Positions 40,323-49,979 are shown, counted from the stretch's first letter. The stretch is 57,978 nt of DNA from Coriobacteriales bacterium (GCA_031256715.1 JAIRQA010000128.1:1-57978), one strand, 5' to 3'. Numbers and translations are program-made. The notes: generated by a model not told the origin, from the sequence alone.

Positions 40323-41054
40323 TCATTTATTAGAATCCGTTAAAAAGTTAATGACATCACAATAAACTTTAGATGCCATACGGGAATTTTCTAACAGCGC
40401 TTCTACTTCACTATTTGCAGACAAGGCTTTGTTGCGATCTTTCATAAGCTTTGTGTTCGCAAAGGCACTAAGTGCCGCTGCCTTAAGAGCTGCGTTAGCA
40501 AAAATAGCACAACAACCAGCATCAGAAATAGCCAATCTAGTTCCCTTTTTGGTATATTCGGCTGCAAGCTCTATAACCTTATAAGACTCTTGCATGATAT
40601 GTAATGATGTCAAGTAGCAGTCGTCAAGTGCAAGCTCTATTTTATCTGCTTTTTCTTTTTTTTGTTGGTCATTTTCGCCAGATAAAGAATAGGCCAACAT
40701 TAGTGAATCAAAGGCTTTGCCGTCTTTATCTACAAGTTCTAATAGTCTGTCTTGCAAGGACTTAGCTCGCTGATTTAAAGCAATAATATCGTCTTGTACT
40801 TGGACATATTTTTCTTTACCAACAGTTAGCGAGCCAACCATGTTACCTAATGCCGCGGCTATAGCAGCAACTAAGGCAGCAGCTCCGCCTCCACCTGGAG
40901 TAGGTGCCTTAGAGGCTAAAACGCTTACAAATTGCTTACATGAAAGATTGATCGCTTGCTCAGCTAATACGTTTCCGCATGCTTGCTCGTCTGCGACATT
41001 GTTGTTGCATGCTTGCTCGTCTGCGACATTGTTGTTGCTTGGTTGCTCGCTCAT
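40323..41054 (-). CDS. fchA: Methenyl-THF cyclohydrolase (FTCD_C family)
   Basis: LASKAPTPGGG, MVGSLTVGK, AISDAG; between fhs and folD; N-terminal 30-bp repeat at about 40954-41038. Confidence 0.88.
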   Translation of the reverse strand: MSEQPSNNNVADEQACNNNVADEQACGNVLAEQAINLSCKQFVSVLASKAPTPGGGGAAALVAAIAAALGNMVGSLTVGKEKYVQVQDDIIALNQRAKSLQDRLLELVDKDGKAFDSLMLAYSLSGENDQQKKEKADKIELALDDCYLTSLHIMQESYKVIELAAEYTKKGTRLAISDAGCCAIFANAALKAAALSAFANTKLMKDRNKALSANSEVEALLENSRMASKVYCDVINFLTDSNK

Positions 41055-41123
41055 TATTTTGCCCTATCTTCTTAATGTAAGAAATCAAACACTATTAGCT
41101 TAACTTTGTTAAAACGTGGCTTT

Positions 41124-42803
41124 TTAAAAAAGACCGCTAATCTTTCCTGTTTCATCTACATCTATGCGTTCAGCTGCCGGAACCTTAGGCAAGCCTGGCA
41201 TTGTCATAATGTCACCTGTTAATGCCACAATAAATCCGGCACCAGCAGACACTTTTAAGCTACGGACGGTGATATTAAAGCCGCTTGGAGCGCCTAATAA
41301 TGCTGGGTCATCAGAAAAAGAATATTGTGTTTTTGCCATGCAGATAGGCAAGTGACCAAAGCCAAGCTCTGTGAGACGTTTTGCTTGTGCGCGAGCAGCA
41401 GGTAATATGTCAACGCCATCGGCGTGATAGATGCGCGTAGCAATGGCATTAATTTTTTGCTCAATAGAATTATCTTCGTCATAGGCAAATTGCATTTGGG
41501 AATCCTGCTCTACCAAACGCACAACCTCATTAGCAAGCGCAACGCCACCCTCGCCACCTTTAGCCCAAACGTCAGATAAAGCCACATTTACTCCAAGCTC
41601 GCGACAACGCTCATCTACCAATGCAAGCTCTGCCGCAGTATCTGTGGCAAACGCATTTATGGCAACTACTGCGGGTAACTTGTACACCTGAGTAATGTTA
41701 TGCACGTGTTGTAAGAGGTTGGCTAGTCCTGCCTCTAAGGCATTAAGATTTTCGTTTGCAAGTTCTGCCTTTGCAACGCCACCGTGATTCTTAAGTGCTC
41801 GCACGGTAGCCACAATAACAACGGCAGAAGGACGAAGATTAGCCAAACGACATTTAATATCTAAGAACTTCTCGGCACCAAGGTCGGCACCAAAACCGGC
41901 TTCAGTAACAGCATAGTCACCTAGCTTCATAGCTAATCTGGTTGCCATTACCGAGTTACAACCATGCGCAATGTTGGCAAAAGGCCCACCATGTATAAAT
42001 GCCGGCGTTCCTTCCAGCGTTTGCACCAGATTGGGTTTTAATGCGTCTTTTAAAAGCGCTGCCATCGCCCCATGAGCTTTTAGGTCTGCGGCTGTAACCG
42101 GCTTACCTGAGCGGTCATAAGCTACGACTATGCGGGCAAGCCTTTGCTTTAAGTCTGTAATTGAAGAAGCCAGACAAAGTATCGCCATGACCTCGGATGC
42201 AACTGTAATGTCAAAGCCATCCTCGCGAGGTACTCCTTGTGCAGATCCACCAAGACCATCAATAATATTGCGTAGCTGGCGGTCGTTCATATCTAACGCA
42301 CGGCGCCAAACTATACTCTTAGTGTCTATGTCTAGGGAATTTCCTTGCTGAATATGATTGTCCAACATCGCGGCAAGTAAATTGTTAGCAGCACCAATAG
42401 CGTGAAAGTCTCCCGTAAAGTGCAAGTTAATGTCTTCCATTGGCACTACCTGCGCAAAGCCCCCGCCCGCAGCACCTCCTTTTACGCCAAAAACCGGACC
42501 TAACGAGGGTTCACGTAAAGCAACAACAACATTTTTGCCAATGCGTGATAGTCCATCTGCTAAGCCCACAGTTGTTGTTGTCTTGCCTTCACCGGCAGGT
42601 GTAGGGTTTATCGCCGTTACAAGTATCAGCTTGCCATCTTTAGCATCAGACAGAGAACCAGATAAAATGTTGTAGTCTATCTTGGCTTTGTAGTCGCCAT
42701 AAAGCTCAAGGTATTCACTACTTACGCCAATGCTATTAGCAATTTGCGTAATTGGTTTAGGCGTAACTGATTGGGCAATCTCAATGTCAGATTTAATTGT
42801 CAT
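41124..42803 (-). CDS. fhs: Formate-tetrahydrofolate ligase
   Basis: [54 protein letters not shown]. Confidence 0.97.
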   Translation of the reverse strand: MTIKSDIEIAQSVTPKPITQIANSIGVSSEYLELYGDYKAKIDYNILSGSLSDAKDGKLILVTAINPTPAGEGKTTTTVGLADGLSRIGKNVVVALREPSLGPVFGVKGGAAGGGFAQVVPMEDINLHFTGDFHAIGAANNLLAAMLDNHIQQGNSLDIDTKSIVWRRALDMNDRQLRNIIDGLGGSAQGVPREDGFDITVASEVMAILCLASSITDLKQRLARIVVAYDRSGKPVTAADLKAHGAMAALLKDALKPNLVQTLEGTPAFIHGGPFANIAHGCNSVMATRLAMKLGDYAVTEAGFGADLGAEKFLDIKCRLANLRPSAVVIVATVRALKNHGGVAKAELANENLNALEAGLANLLQHVHNITQVYKLPAVVAINAFATDTAAELALVDERCRELGVNVALSDVWAKGGEGGVALANEVVRLVEQDSQMQFAYDEDNSIEQKINAIATRIYHADGVDILPAARAQAKRLTELGFGHLPICMAKTQYSFSDDPALLGAPSGFNITVRSLKVSAGAGFIVALTGDIMTMPGLPKVPAAERIDVDETGKISGLF

Positions 42804-42857
42804 AGCAAAACTTCCTTAGAACGGCAACTTACAGTTATGAAATATTTATGAATAATA

Positions 42858-45266
42858 TTACTCCAGATGCTCTTCGATATCTAGCTCCATCATAGCAACA
42901 TTATCAAAAAGCTTTGCAGCTGTTTCTCTGGAAATACGCCCATGCTCCTGATATGAACGAATGGCTTCACGCTCAAAGGCAAGCGCGGCAGACTCGACAT
43001 CTGCCAGATGCATTTCATATTCTTTATTCTTGTGTACCGAAATACCTGTTAGAGGTCTACCAAATGTCTCTGTGCGCGACAAGCGACGGCGAAAATCACT
43101 AACAACCATATTTATGGCACGTATAGGTGCACCAGGTTCTGCCATAAGCGTATCTAGCTTGCGTAAGACATTGCGGTAGTTAACCCTTTGCAGTTCTTGC
43201 AAGCTAATAGCCATACTGTGTCGTCCCATCTTTGCGGCTTCGCCACGCAAAGCTTGACGTTGCTCTTTAGAGGGCTCTGACGCATTTAAGGCAGATTCTT
43301 TGTTGGCTCTGAATCTGCGAGCCAAAAAGCGGTGGCGCAATTGATCAAAGAAACCTTTAAGTAACCATTGCCTCTCGCCATGATGCTCGATATGCGACAA
43401 CATACGACTAAGCTGATATAAATACATGGTTCCCACAACCAAAGAAACCTTATCTTCATCTATAAGTTCTAAGGTATACTCGCGTTCCCAAGCTATAATA
43501 CGACGTCTAAGTTCGTCTTCATCAGGGTCGCTGATATTATTGTTTTGCTTGTATGTTATTAGGCGATTGTTGTATTGTCTAATAACACTTTCGCTAGCTT
43601 GCTTGTTTTGTGGCGTCATTTGTTCTGAAAGCCTATGTATGACGTTTCTGCAGATGTCCATAATTGCGCGTACTTCATCTTCTGGTTGTAAAGCTTCATG
43701 CACTTTTGGAGCTATAAGCGGAAGGACAAAGTTGGCAAGCAGGAGCGAAAGCATGATGATACATGACGCCAAAAAGAGTAAAAGACTTCGCTGCGGAAAA
43801 TCTGCTCCATCGCTTAATGTTAAAGGTATCGTAAGCAACAAAGCTAAGGTAATAGCACCTTTTACACCTGTTAATGAAAGCACTAAAGCATCGTGAACAT
43901 GTGCTTTAAAATAACCGGGAGCGCTGCGTTCGGCGGCAATGGCTGCGCGTCGTTGCGCCTTAACATCAAGCTTAGATTGTTCGCGCTCCTGCGTACGTAA
44001 AGTGTGACGTGCTTCAGCCATTTCCTCGATAGTTGTGATAGATTCATCTACTTGCGTCATAGAAGGCGTAGAATCAAAGGTCATAGGAAATGCAGAATAC
44101 GTAGCTTGTTGCGTCACCTCAGCTGCATTAGCTACACCTGTAACTTGCGTCACCTCAGCTGCATTAGCTACACCTGTAACTTGCGGCGACAGCGGTAGAT
44201 GCGCTTTTCTCGTTACAATAATACTATTGCGATGCATAACAAAGACCCAAATAAGGCGCAACAACATTATCGCTGCCAATATGGCAACAACGGCAACAAT
44301 CAGGCGTAGGTGACCTACCTCTGAAAACTGCCAAAGGTGCATCGTTAAACCAGGAAGTTGAGTGCCCAAAATTAGAAAGACTACACCATTAAGAGCATAA
44401 CCAATTACACTCCAAACACTACCTGAAACGATGTTTTGCATGGCTTTTGTTGGTGTTTGACTGCGACCACCAAAAGAGTGCGCAATGCCTGCGGTGACTA
44501 CAGCAATGATGCCGGAAACATGCAGAGCCTCGGCAATAAGAAAAACAATAAAAGGTGTAACAATCTCAAAAAGAACGTGAAAAGTAATGCTATCTACACC
44601 TCTTGCGCGCAAAAAGCGCACCAATGCATAACGCAATAACATTAGAACTATTCCTGTGGCAACGCCACCCAAAAACATGACAGCAAAGGTTATGGCAACA
44701 TCGCCAAAAAATACTAATCCAGGCTCGCCAGCCGCTGCGGCAAAAGGACCTACAGCCAAAGCTGCTAATGCAAACTGAAAAGAAACGATAGATGAAGCGT
44801 CATTAAAAAGTGCCTCGCCCTGTAAAAGCCCTTCCTGATCTTCTGTGATGGTAATGCTCTCTTTTAAAGAAGATACAGCTACAGCATCTGTAGGCGCTAA
44901 TGCTGCAGCTAGCGCAATGGCAGCGGCAAGCGGAATGGCAGGGACTAACCAGTTCACAAAACCGCCCACTGCCAAACAGGTAGTAAAAACCAAGCCTAGT
45001 GCCAGCAAAAGAATCGGCCGCTTAAGTCGCCAAAGCATAGGTTTATTGGCTTTCTTTGCGTCTTCAAAAAGTAAGGGAGCTATAAATAATACCAAGAAAA
45101 GTTCTGGGTCTAAGCTCATGTCAAAATGCAGAAAAGGCATCAGCGCAATTGCTATGCCTAGACCAATTTGGATTAATGGTGTAGAGATGCGCGGAAACCT
45201 TTGGCTAATAAGATTACTTAGAAGCACAGCGCCAAGCATTACCAATATGTATTCAAAAGAGTGCAT
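42858..45266 (-). CDS. CPA1-family Na+/H+ antiporter with long cytoplasmic C-terminus
   Basis: PLLFED, LAPTDAVAV, GEALFNDA, GVKGAITLA; insertion containing a perfect 36-bp duplication. Confidence 0.88.
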   Translation of the reverse strand: MHSFEYILVMLGAVLLSNLISQRFPRISTPLIQIGLGIAIALMPFLHFDMSLDPELFLVLFIAPLLFEDAKKANKPMLWRLKRPILLLALGLVFTTCLAVGGFVNWLVPAIPLAAAIALAAALAPTDAVAVSSLKESITITEDQEGLLQGEALFNDASSIVSFQFALAALAVGPFAAAAGEPGLVFFGDVAITFAVMFLGGVATGIVLMLLRYALVRFLRARGVDSITFHVLFEIVTPFIVFLIAEALHVSGIIAVVTAGIAHSFGGRSQTPTKAMQNIVSGSVWSVIGYALNGVVFLILGTQLPGLTMHLWQFSEVGHLRLIVAVVAILAAIMLLRLIWVFVMHRNSIIVTRKAHLPLSPQVTGVANAAEVTQVTGVANAAEVTQQATYSAFPMTFDSTPSMTQVDESITTIEEMAEARHTLRTQEREQSKLDVKAQRRAAIAAERSAPGYFKAHVHDALVLSLTGVKGAITLALLLTIPLTLSDGADFPQRSLLLFLASCIIMLSLLLANFVLPLIAPKVHEALQPEDEVRAIMDICRNVIHRLSEQMTPQNKQASESVIRQYNNRLITYKQNNNISDPDEDELRRRIIAWEREYTLELIDEDKVSLVVGTMYLYQLSRMLSHIEHHGERQWLLKGFFDQLRHRFLARRFRANKESALNASEPSKEQRQALRGEAAKMGRHSMAISLQELQRVNYRNVLRKLDTLMAEPGAPIRAINMVVSDFRRRLSRTETFGRPLTGISVHKNKEYEMHLADVESAALAFEREAIRSYQEHGRISRETAAKLFDNVAMMELDIEEHLE
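44109..44185 (-). repeat. Perfect 2 x 36-bp in-frame tandem duplication
   Basis: QVTGVANAAEVT twice. Confidence 0.95.
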
Positions 45267-45404
45267 TATTGTATTCTAAGCGATTTTATTACAAAATTTT
45301 AGCGCCATTGCGGTATCATTATTTCAACGGAAATGAGTCTTACGCCAAAATATAAAGCAAGACGCAACCTTTTAACTAAAACCTTAGGCACTTAAGGAGT
45401 AAGC

Positions 45405-45770
45405 ATGGCAACACCAATTGTGGGGATAGACTTTAATGCTGCATTGGCTCAATTTAAGCTAGAGAGAGTTTTTTTGCGCATTCTAACAAAGTATCGCGAT
45501 AGCATTCCCGACGTCTTAGAACAACTAAGTAATTATGTAGAGAAGAAAACCCCTGTTGAAGGTCTTGATGACTACATAACAACTGTGCATGGACTAAAAG
45601 GGGCAAGCTATGGCATTTTTGCCAATGATTTAGGCGATTTAGCTAAAGATTTAGAGTTTGCCGCAAGGGATGGGCGCCTTGACTTTGTAAGTAGCAACAA
45701 TGGCAAGCTTGTATTGGAAACCAATGCTTTACTTAAGCGAATCGATAGTTATTTAAATGCAGCATCCTAG
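45405..45770 (+). CDS. Stand-alone Hpt (histidine phosphotransfer) domain protein
   Basis: YITTVHGLKGAS...A..L...AKDLE.AA, matching the Hpt of the kinase at 16025; AAGGAG RBS. Confidence 0.82.
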   Translation: MATPIVGIDFNAALAQFKLERVFLRILTKYRDSIPDVLEQLSNYVEKKTPVEGLDDYITTVHGLKGASYGIFANDLGDLAKDLEFAARDGRLDFVSSNNGKLVLETNALLKRIDSYLNAAS

Positions 45771-46689
45771 CATATCAATATGCTATCTTAATAGCGTAGA
45801 CTCTACCAATGACTACTGCAAACGCCTGCTTGCTAAAGATGGTGTTTTAAAATGCGCACAAAAAAATGCCCAAGACACTGTGCAGACAAGAGCAGAGAAT
45901 TTTTCGCAAAATAATGCAGATGAATTTGTACGAACAACAGAAGCAATAAAGTTGCCTTTTGCAGTAGTTGCCCTAGAACAGACCAAAGGTCGCGGTCGGC
46001 TTGGTCGCAAATGGCACTCCCCTCCTGGTGGTGCATATATATCATTGGCACTAATGGTTAATCATCCCAACGAAAATCCAGACGCATTAGCTGCCGTCTC
46101 GCCACTAAGCGCATTAGCTGTTTGCAAGGCTCTAGAGAAATATCGCTGTGCTAGTGTGAAATGGCCAAATGACGTTGTCTGCGCAAACGAAAAACTGGCG
46201 GGAATATTGGTTGAACGCATTGGCACTGTAAAAAATGACAGCGCAATAATAGTTATAGGTGTTGGCGTAAATGTGGTAGACACAAATTTTGCAGACTTAA
46301 AATTAACAAGTAAAGACAAAATACAGCTATCGCCAACCTTTGTTACCAATGGTCAGCAGCCAACTGGCTTTAATAACCCTAATAGGCAAAGCAACGAAAA
46401 CAATCTCAACAATTTAATTTACGAACTTTCAGAAACAATAATCGCCTCACTACATGATCATATTTGCGAATGGCAAGAAAATGGCCACTTGTTTTCTAGG
46501 TTTATTAGTGACTACAAAGCCAAACTTGTCACATTGGGACAAGATGTTATTGTGCGCAACGCACTTGGCGAAGTTATCGCCTCGGGCAAAGCTATAGATG
46601 TAGGCGCAAATGGCGAGCTTGTCTTAAGGTCTGGTGACGTCGTAAGTAAAGTTGCCACTGGCGAAGTCACTTTACGCGATATTGCTTAA
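45757..46689 (+). CDS. birA: Biotin protein ligase without HTH (class I BirA)
   Basis: VDSTN, QTKGRGRLGRKW, KWPND, KLAGIL, GVGVN. Confidence 0.92.
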   Translation: MQHPSISICYLNSVDSTNDYCKRLLAKDGVLKCAQKNAQDTVQTRAENFSQNNADEFVRTTEAIKLPFAVVALEQTKGRGRLGRKWHSPPGGAYISLALMVNHPNENPDALAAVSPLSALAVCKALEKYRCASVKWPNDVVCANEKLAGILVERIGTVKNDSAIIVIGVGVNVVDTNFADLKLTSKDKIQLSPTFVTNGQQPTGFNNPNRQSNENNLNNLIYELSETIIASLHDHICEWQENGHLFSRFISDYKAKLVTLGQDVIVRNALGEVIASGKAIDVGANGELVLRSGDVVSKVATGEVTLRDIA

Positions 46690-46729
46690 TGACAGCACAA
46701 ATTGCATTTTTCTGCGTTATACTAGAAAT

Positions 46730-48202
46730 ATGAGTGAATCTAAATCCAATACACAAGTAGATATTCAAGAGAATATTAACGCCAAACAGGTTAACCGTTT
46801 AGGAACAGCAAAAATTTCGCGGCTATTGCTGGAGTTTGCCATACCTTCTATTATTGGCTTAGTGGTTAATGGGCTTTACAACCTTGTAGACTCGATATTT
46901 TTAGGTCATGGTGTAGGCGAAGTTGGGTTGGCAACCGCTACTGTTGCGATGCCAACAATGATTTTTTCGATGGCTATGGGTGTGCTTATAGGTGCTGGTG
47001 GCAATGCTTTGGCAGCACTAAAGCTAGGTGAGGGCAAACATGATGATGCAGAGAAAGTTTTGGGCAATGCCTTTACATTAACTGTTGTTGCGGCGGTAGT
47101 CTGCATGCTTTTGGTAAATGTCTTCATGGACCCGGTGTTACGGATTTCTGGCGCTACAGAGGTTACTTGGGAACACGCTCATACTTTTGTTCGCATCATC
47201 TCTTTTGGCTTTATCTTGCAGTTCTTTGGCATGGGTTTTAATAACTTCATTCGTACTGCGGGCGATCCAAACCGTGCGCTTTACACAATGGTGGCAGGTA
47301 CGGTACTTTGCATCATTTTAAATTATTTATTTGTTATTGTCTTTAAATGGGGAATTGCCGGTTCTGCCTGGGCTACTGTTATTGGTCAAGCACTTAGCGC
47401 CGGCCTTGTGCTTTGGTACTTTGCATTCTCGCGCAAAGCGCCATTTAAGCTTAAGCGCAAACATCTACCTATTGTTCCGCGCTTAGTTGGCTCGATATTT
47501 GCCTTGGGCTCTGCCTCTTTTGTGCTGCAAATTGCAGCGGCAATATTAAATCTGATACTTAACAATCAACTTGTATACTACGGCGGTTTAGATCCTATTG
47601 GCGCCGAAGGCGCACAGGCAGCAATAGGTGTTGTTCAGCGTGTGGCAATGTTTGCATTTTTTCCCATACTTGGCGTAGCCATGGCAGCTGCCCCACTGTT
47701 TGGTTATAACTATGGAGCTCAGAACTTTGTTCGTGTACGTTCTGCTATCTTGCTTTCTATGGCTTGGGTTGCAGCCATTGGCGTATTCTTCTGGATTCTA
47801 ATTCATCTTTTTCCGGAACAAATATGCATTATCTTTGGCATTAAAGACGAACTTTTGCTCTTTACCATAGATGCACTTAAGGTTCAGGTTTTCTTTATGC
47901 CCTTAGTTGGTCTTCAGGTTGTTGCAGCAAACTACTTCCAGTCTTCAGGGCAACCATTAAAGAGCATGTTTTTGTCATTAACGCGGCAATTGCTGTACCT
48001 GATACCACTTTTGTATCTACTGCCTCTTTTAGCGACACATCTTAATGTGCCTGGACTATCGGCAATGGACAGTCCCCTAGAGGGTTTGTATTATGCGTTT
48101 CCCATTGCTGATATTTTATCTATTGTTACAGCAGGAACATTAATGCTTCTAGAATTTCGCAAACTTGGACGCAGAATTTCCTTATCCACACAAATAACAT
48201 GA
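46730..48202 (+). CDS. MATE family efflux transporter (MepA-like)
   Basis: LYNLVDSIFLG, GIAGSAWATVIGQ, GYNYGA; about 12 hydrophobic segments; ATG 46730. Confidence 0.92.
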   Translation: MSESKSNTQVDIQENINAKQVNRLGTAKISRLLLEFAIPSIIGLVVNGLYNLVDSIFLGHGVGEVGLATATVAMPTMIFSMAMGVLIGAGGNALAALKLGEGKHDDAEKVLGNAFTLTVVAAVVCMLLVNVFMDPVLRISGATEVTWEHAHTFVRIISFGFILQFFGMGFNNFIRTAGDPNRALYTMVAGTVLCIILNYLFVIVFKWGIAGSAWATVIGQALSAGLVLWYFAFSRKAPFKLKRKHLPIVPRLVGSIFALGSASFVLQIAAAILNLILNNQLVYYGGLDPIGAEGAQAAIGVVQRVAMFAFFPILGVAMAAAPLFGYNYGAQNFVRVRSAILLSMAWVAAIGVFFWILIHLFPEQICIIFGIKDELLLFTIDALKVQVFFMPLVGLQVVAANYFQSSGQPLKSMFLSLTRQLLYLIPLLYLLPLLATHLNVPGLSAMDSPLEGLYYAFPIADILSIVTAGTLMLLEFRKLGRRISLSTQIT

Positions 48203-48382
48203 TATTATGCTAGCTATAAAGCTGCACTTGCTTTTCTTGTTGCCAGCAAAAATTAAAAGTCGCAGCGTATTACATCATCTAGAACTAAAAAAACACGACT
48301 GCACTTAAAAAATCCACTATAAGTTGCATCACGTTGCCCCCGCTTAACTAGCACTTAACAGCTTTTGCCATACATTTTTTGT

Positions 48383-48411
48383 TTGCCAAGTTTGTTTTTA
48401 AGTGGTATTCT
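48383..48411 (+). promoter_or_regulatory. Housekeeping-sigma promoter of the pilin gene
   Basis: TTGCCA-17 nt-TATTCT with extended -10 TG. Confidence 0.6.
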
Positions 48412-48428
48412 GATTGCAATATGGGAGC

Positions 48429-48510
48429 GGGTGGTTTGCTAGCACACTATTATTGTCAGATTTTATGTGGTCTAACAATGTCTGAAATTAGGTGTGTGTG
48501 TAAGCAACCC
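48429..48510 (+). ncRNA. Candidate structured 5' leader of the pilin mRNA
   Basis: gggtggtttgc..gcacac pairs with gtgtgt..gtaagcaaccc, enclosing an attgtcaga/tctaacaat hairpin. Confidence 0.4.
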
Positions 48511-48533
48511 AATAATCTTAGAAAGGAATCATC

Positions 48534-49118
48534 ATGTGGGAGTTGATTAAGCAAAAAACAGATTTACGGGCGGAATCACAGACAGATTTACAGGCAAATT
48601 TACAAGCAACTTTACGCAAGAAAAACGCAAGAAAAGGCTTCACGCTAATTGAAGTCATCGTAGTTTTGGTAATTTTGGCAATCCTTGCTGCTATTGCCAT
48701 TCCAGCGCTAACAGGATACATCGACAAAGCAGATCAGCGGGCGGTGATTTCGCAGGCAGCAACAGTAAGAACAGCATTGCAGGCGATTGCCTCAGATAGC
48801 TATTCTGCTGGGGGCAGCAGCTTAGATGACACCTACAGTGGCTCAACAAACTTAAATAGTGGGCCTGAGCCTGCAACTCCTGCTGCAGACACTATTTATG
48901 GCTATAATCCGGTTTCTGGAGCTGCGCCTTCTGCTGGTAATCCAAAAACTTCGACTATTGCCGCAGAGGTCACCGCACTTAATGGCAGCACAACCATTGC
49001 TCCGGCAGATTTAACAGGAATAGAATACGATGGACGTACATTAACTAATTTTGAAATTAAGATTAGCGGCAAAACGGTTACTTTTGACAGCGGTAACTAT
49101 ACTGTGAGCACGCCATAA
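48534..49118 (+). CDS. Type IV pilin-like protein (class III signal)
   Basis: KG/FTLIEVIVVLVILAILAAIAIP; GAAAGGA RBS; no Cys. Confidence 0.9.
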   Translation: MWELIKQKTDLRAESQTDLQANLQATLRKKNARKGFTLIEVIVVLVILAILAAIAIPALTGYIDKADQRAVISQAATVRTALQAIASDSYSAGGSSLDDTYSGSTNLNSGPEPATPAADTIYGYNPVSGAAPSAGNPKTSTIAAEVTALNGSTTIAPADLTGIEYDGRTLTNFEIKISGKTVTFDSGNYTVSTP

Positions 49119-49127
49119 TTAACGCAA

Positions 49128-49245
49128 TTAGGCTTTGATGTTAGCATGACTTTGTTGTTAATTAGGTTTTGCTGCTTACGTGACTTTGTCGTTACCAAGG
49201 CTTTTTCGTTAACAAGGTTTTGTTGTTAACAAGGTTTGTTGTTAA
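49128..49245. repeat. Degenerate 16-17 bp tandem array downstream of the pilin
   Basis: aacaaggttttgttgtt-like units, about 7 copies. Confidence 0.8.
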
Positions 49246-49342
49246 GCATGAACGTAGGGGGTATGCAGTCGGTGGGGCGCAAGCAACAGAAAGCGTGCGA
49301 GCAGGTTTGTTGTTAAGCATGAACGTAGGGGGTATGCAGTCG
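49232..49342. repeat. Perfect 40-bp direct repeat (49232-49271, 49303-49342) around a 31-bp spacer
   Basis: aggtttgttgttaagcatgaacgtagggggtatgcagtcg occurs twice. Confidence 0.95.
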
Positions 49343-49356
49343 CGTGCCCCCTACGT
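49323..49356 (+). terminator. Strong hairpin between convergent genes (terminator or REP-like element)
   Basis: acgtagggggtatgc-agtc-gcgtgccccctacgt, 15-bp stem with two G-U pairs. Confidence 0.65.
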
Positions 49357-49400
49357 CAAGGCATTAAGAAGTACAAGTATCAAACAACACCTAAACTTCA

Positions 49401-49979
49401 TTAAGGAATAACTTTAGAAAGTTGTGCTTGCAGATTGCTAACTAGGTCGCTACTGCCCGCTATTGGCACAAAACCAAATTCATCTGAAATTAGAAAACAA
49501 GCATTGGCTTTGCTTAATAATTCTGCACACGAAGCCACAGCCTTTACGGGAATTTTTTGTGTCTGAGCCAAATCGCGTGTAAGAGTGTCCATTGCACAAA
49601 CAAGTTCATCTGTTGCAGCAATAAGTTCATCTTCATAATGCAACCAAACAGTTCCTGCATAATTAGCAAGTTTAATCCCTTGATTTTCTGTGCAGATAAT
49701 ATCTTCTAAACTTAATATTGGGCGTTCAGAAACGTCTTCTAACGAGACCGTTATCTCTTTTTTTGGGTCTATATGCAAACAAAGCACTGCGTCGCGCTTG
49801 CTATTGTCTAAGAGGTTGGCTTGCGCCCATTCAAGTCGCTCGTGTACCCAAGCATGCAATGGAGCAGGTAGGTCTAGAGGCAATAGCGAGCGCAAGTGTC
49901 GTTGACGCAATGGCAGATTTCCCGCAACAACACGCCAACGTAAATCTATAGCATTATTTTGTAAGTCTTCTTTAGGCAC
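49401..49979 (-). CDS. Hypothetical protein, possibly a degenerate class IV aminotransferase/PabC-like fold
   Basis: RHLRSL and ANACFLISDEFGFVPI recall class IV motifs; starts 11 bp after the purH stop. Confidence 0.5.
   Translation of the reverse strand: MPKEDLQNNAIDLRWRVVAGNLPLRQRHLRSLLPLDLPAPLHAWVHERLEWAQANLLDNSKRDAVLCLHIDPKKEITVSLEDVSERPILSLEDIICTENQGIKLANYAGTVWLHYEDELIAATDELVCAMDTLTRDLAQTQKIPVKAVASCAELLSKANACFLISDEFGFVPIAGSSDLVSNLQAQLSKVIP

Noticed and set aside
42804-42857. ZMP/ZTP riboswitch before fhs (or before purH)
   Set aside because: Upstream gaps are only 54 and 22 bp, with no motif
49220-49411. 63-aa ORF downstream of the pilin
   Set aside because: Made of the repeat and hairpin sequence, with no RBS
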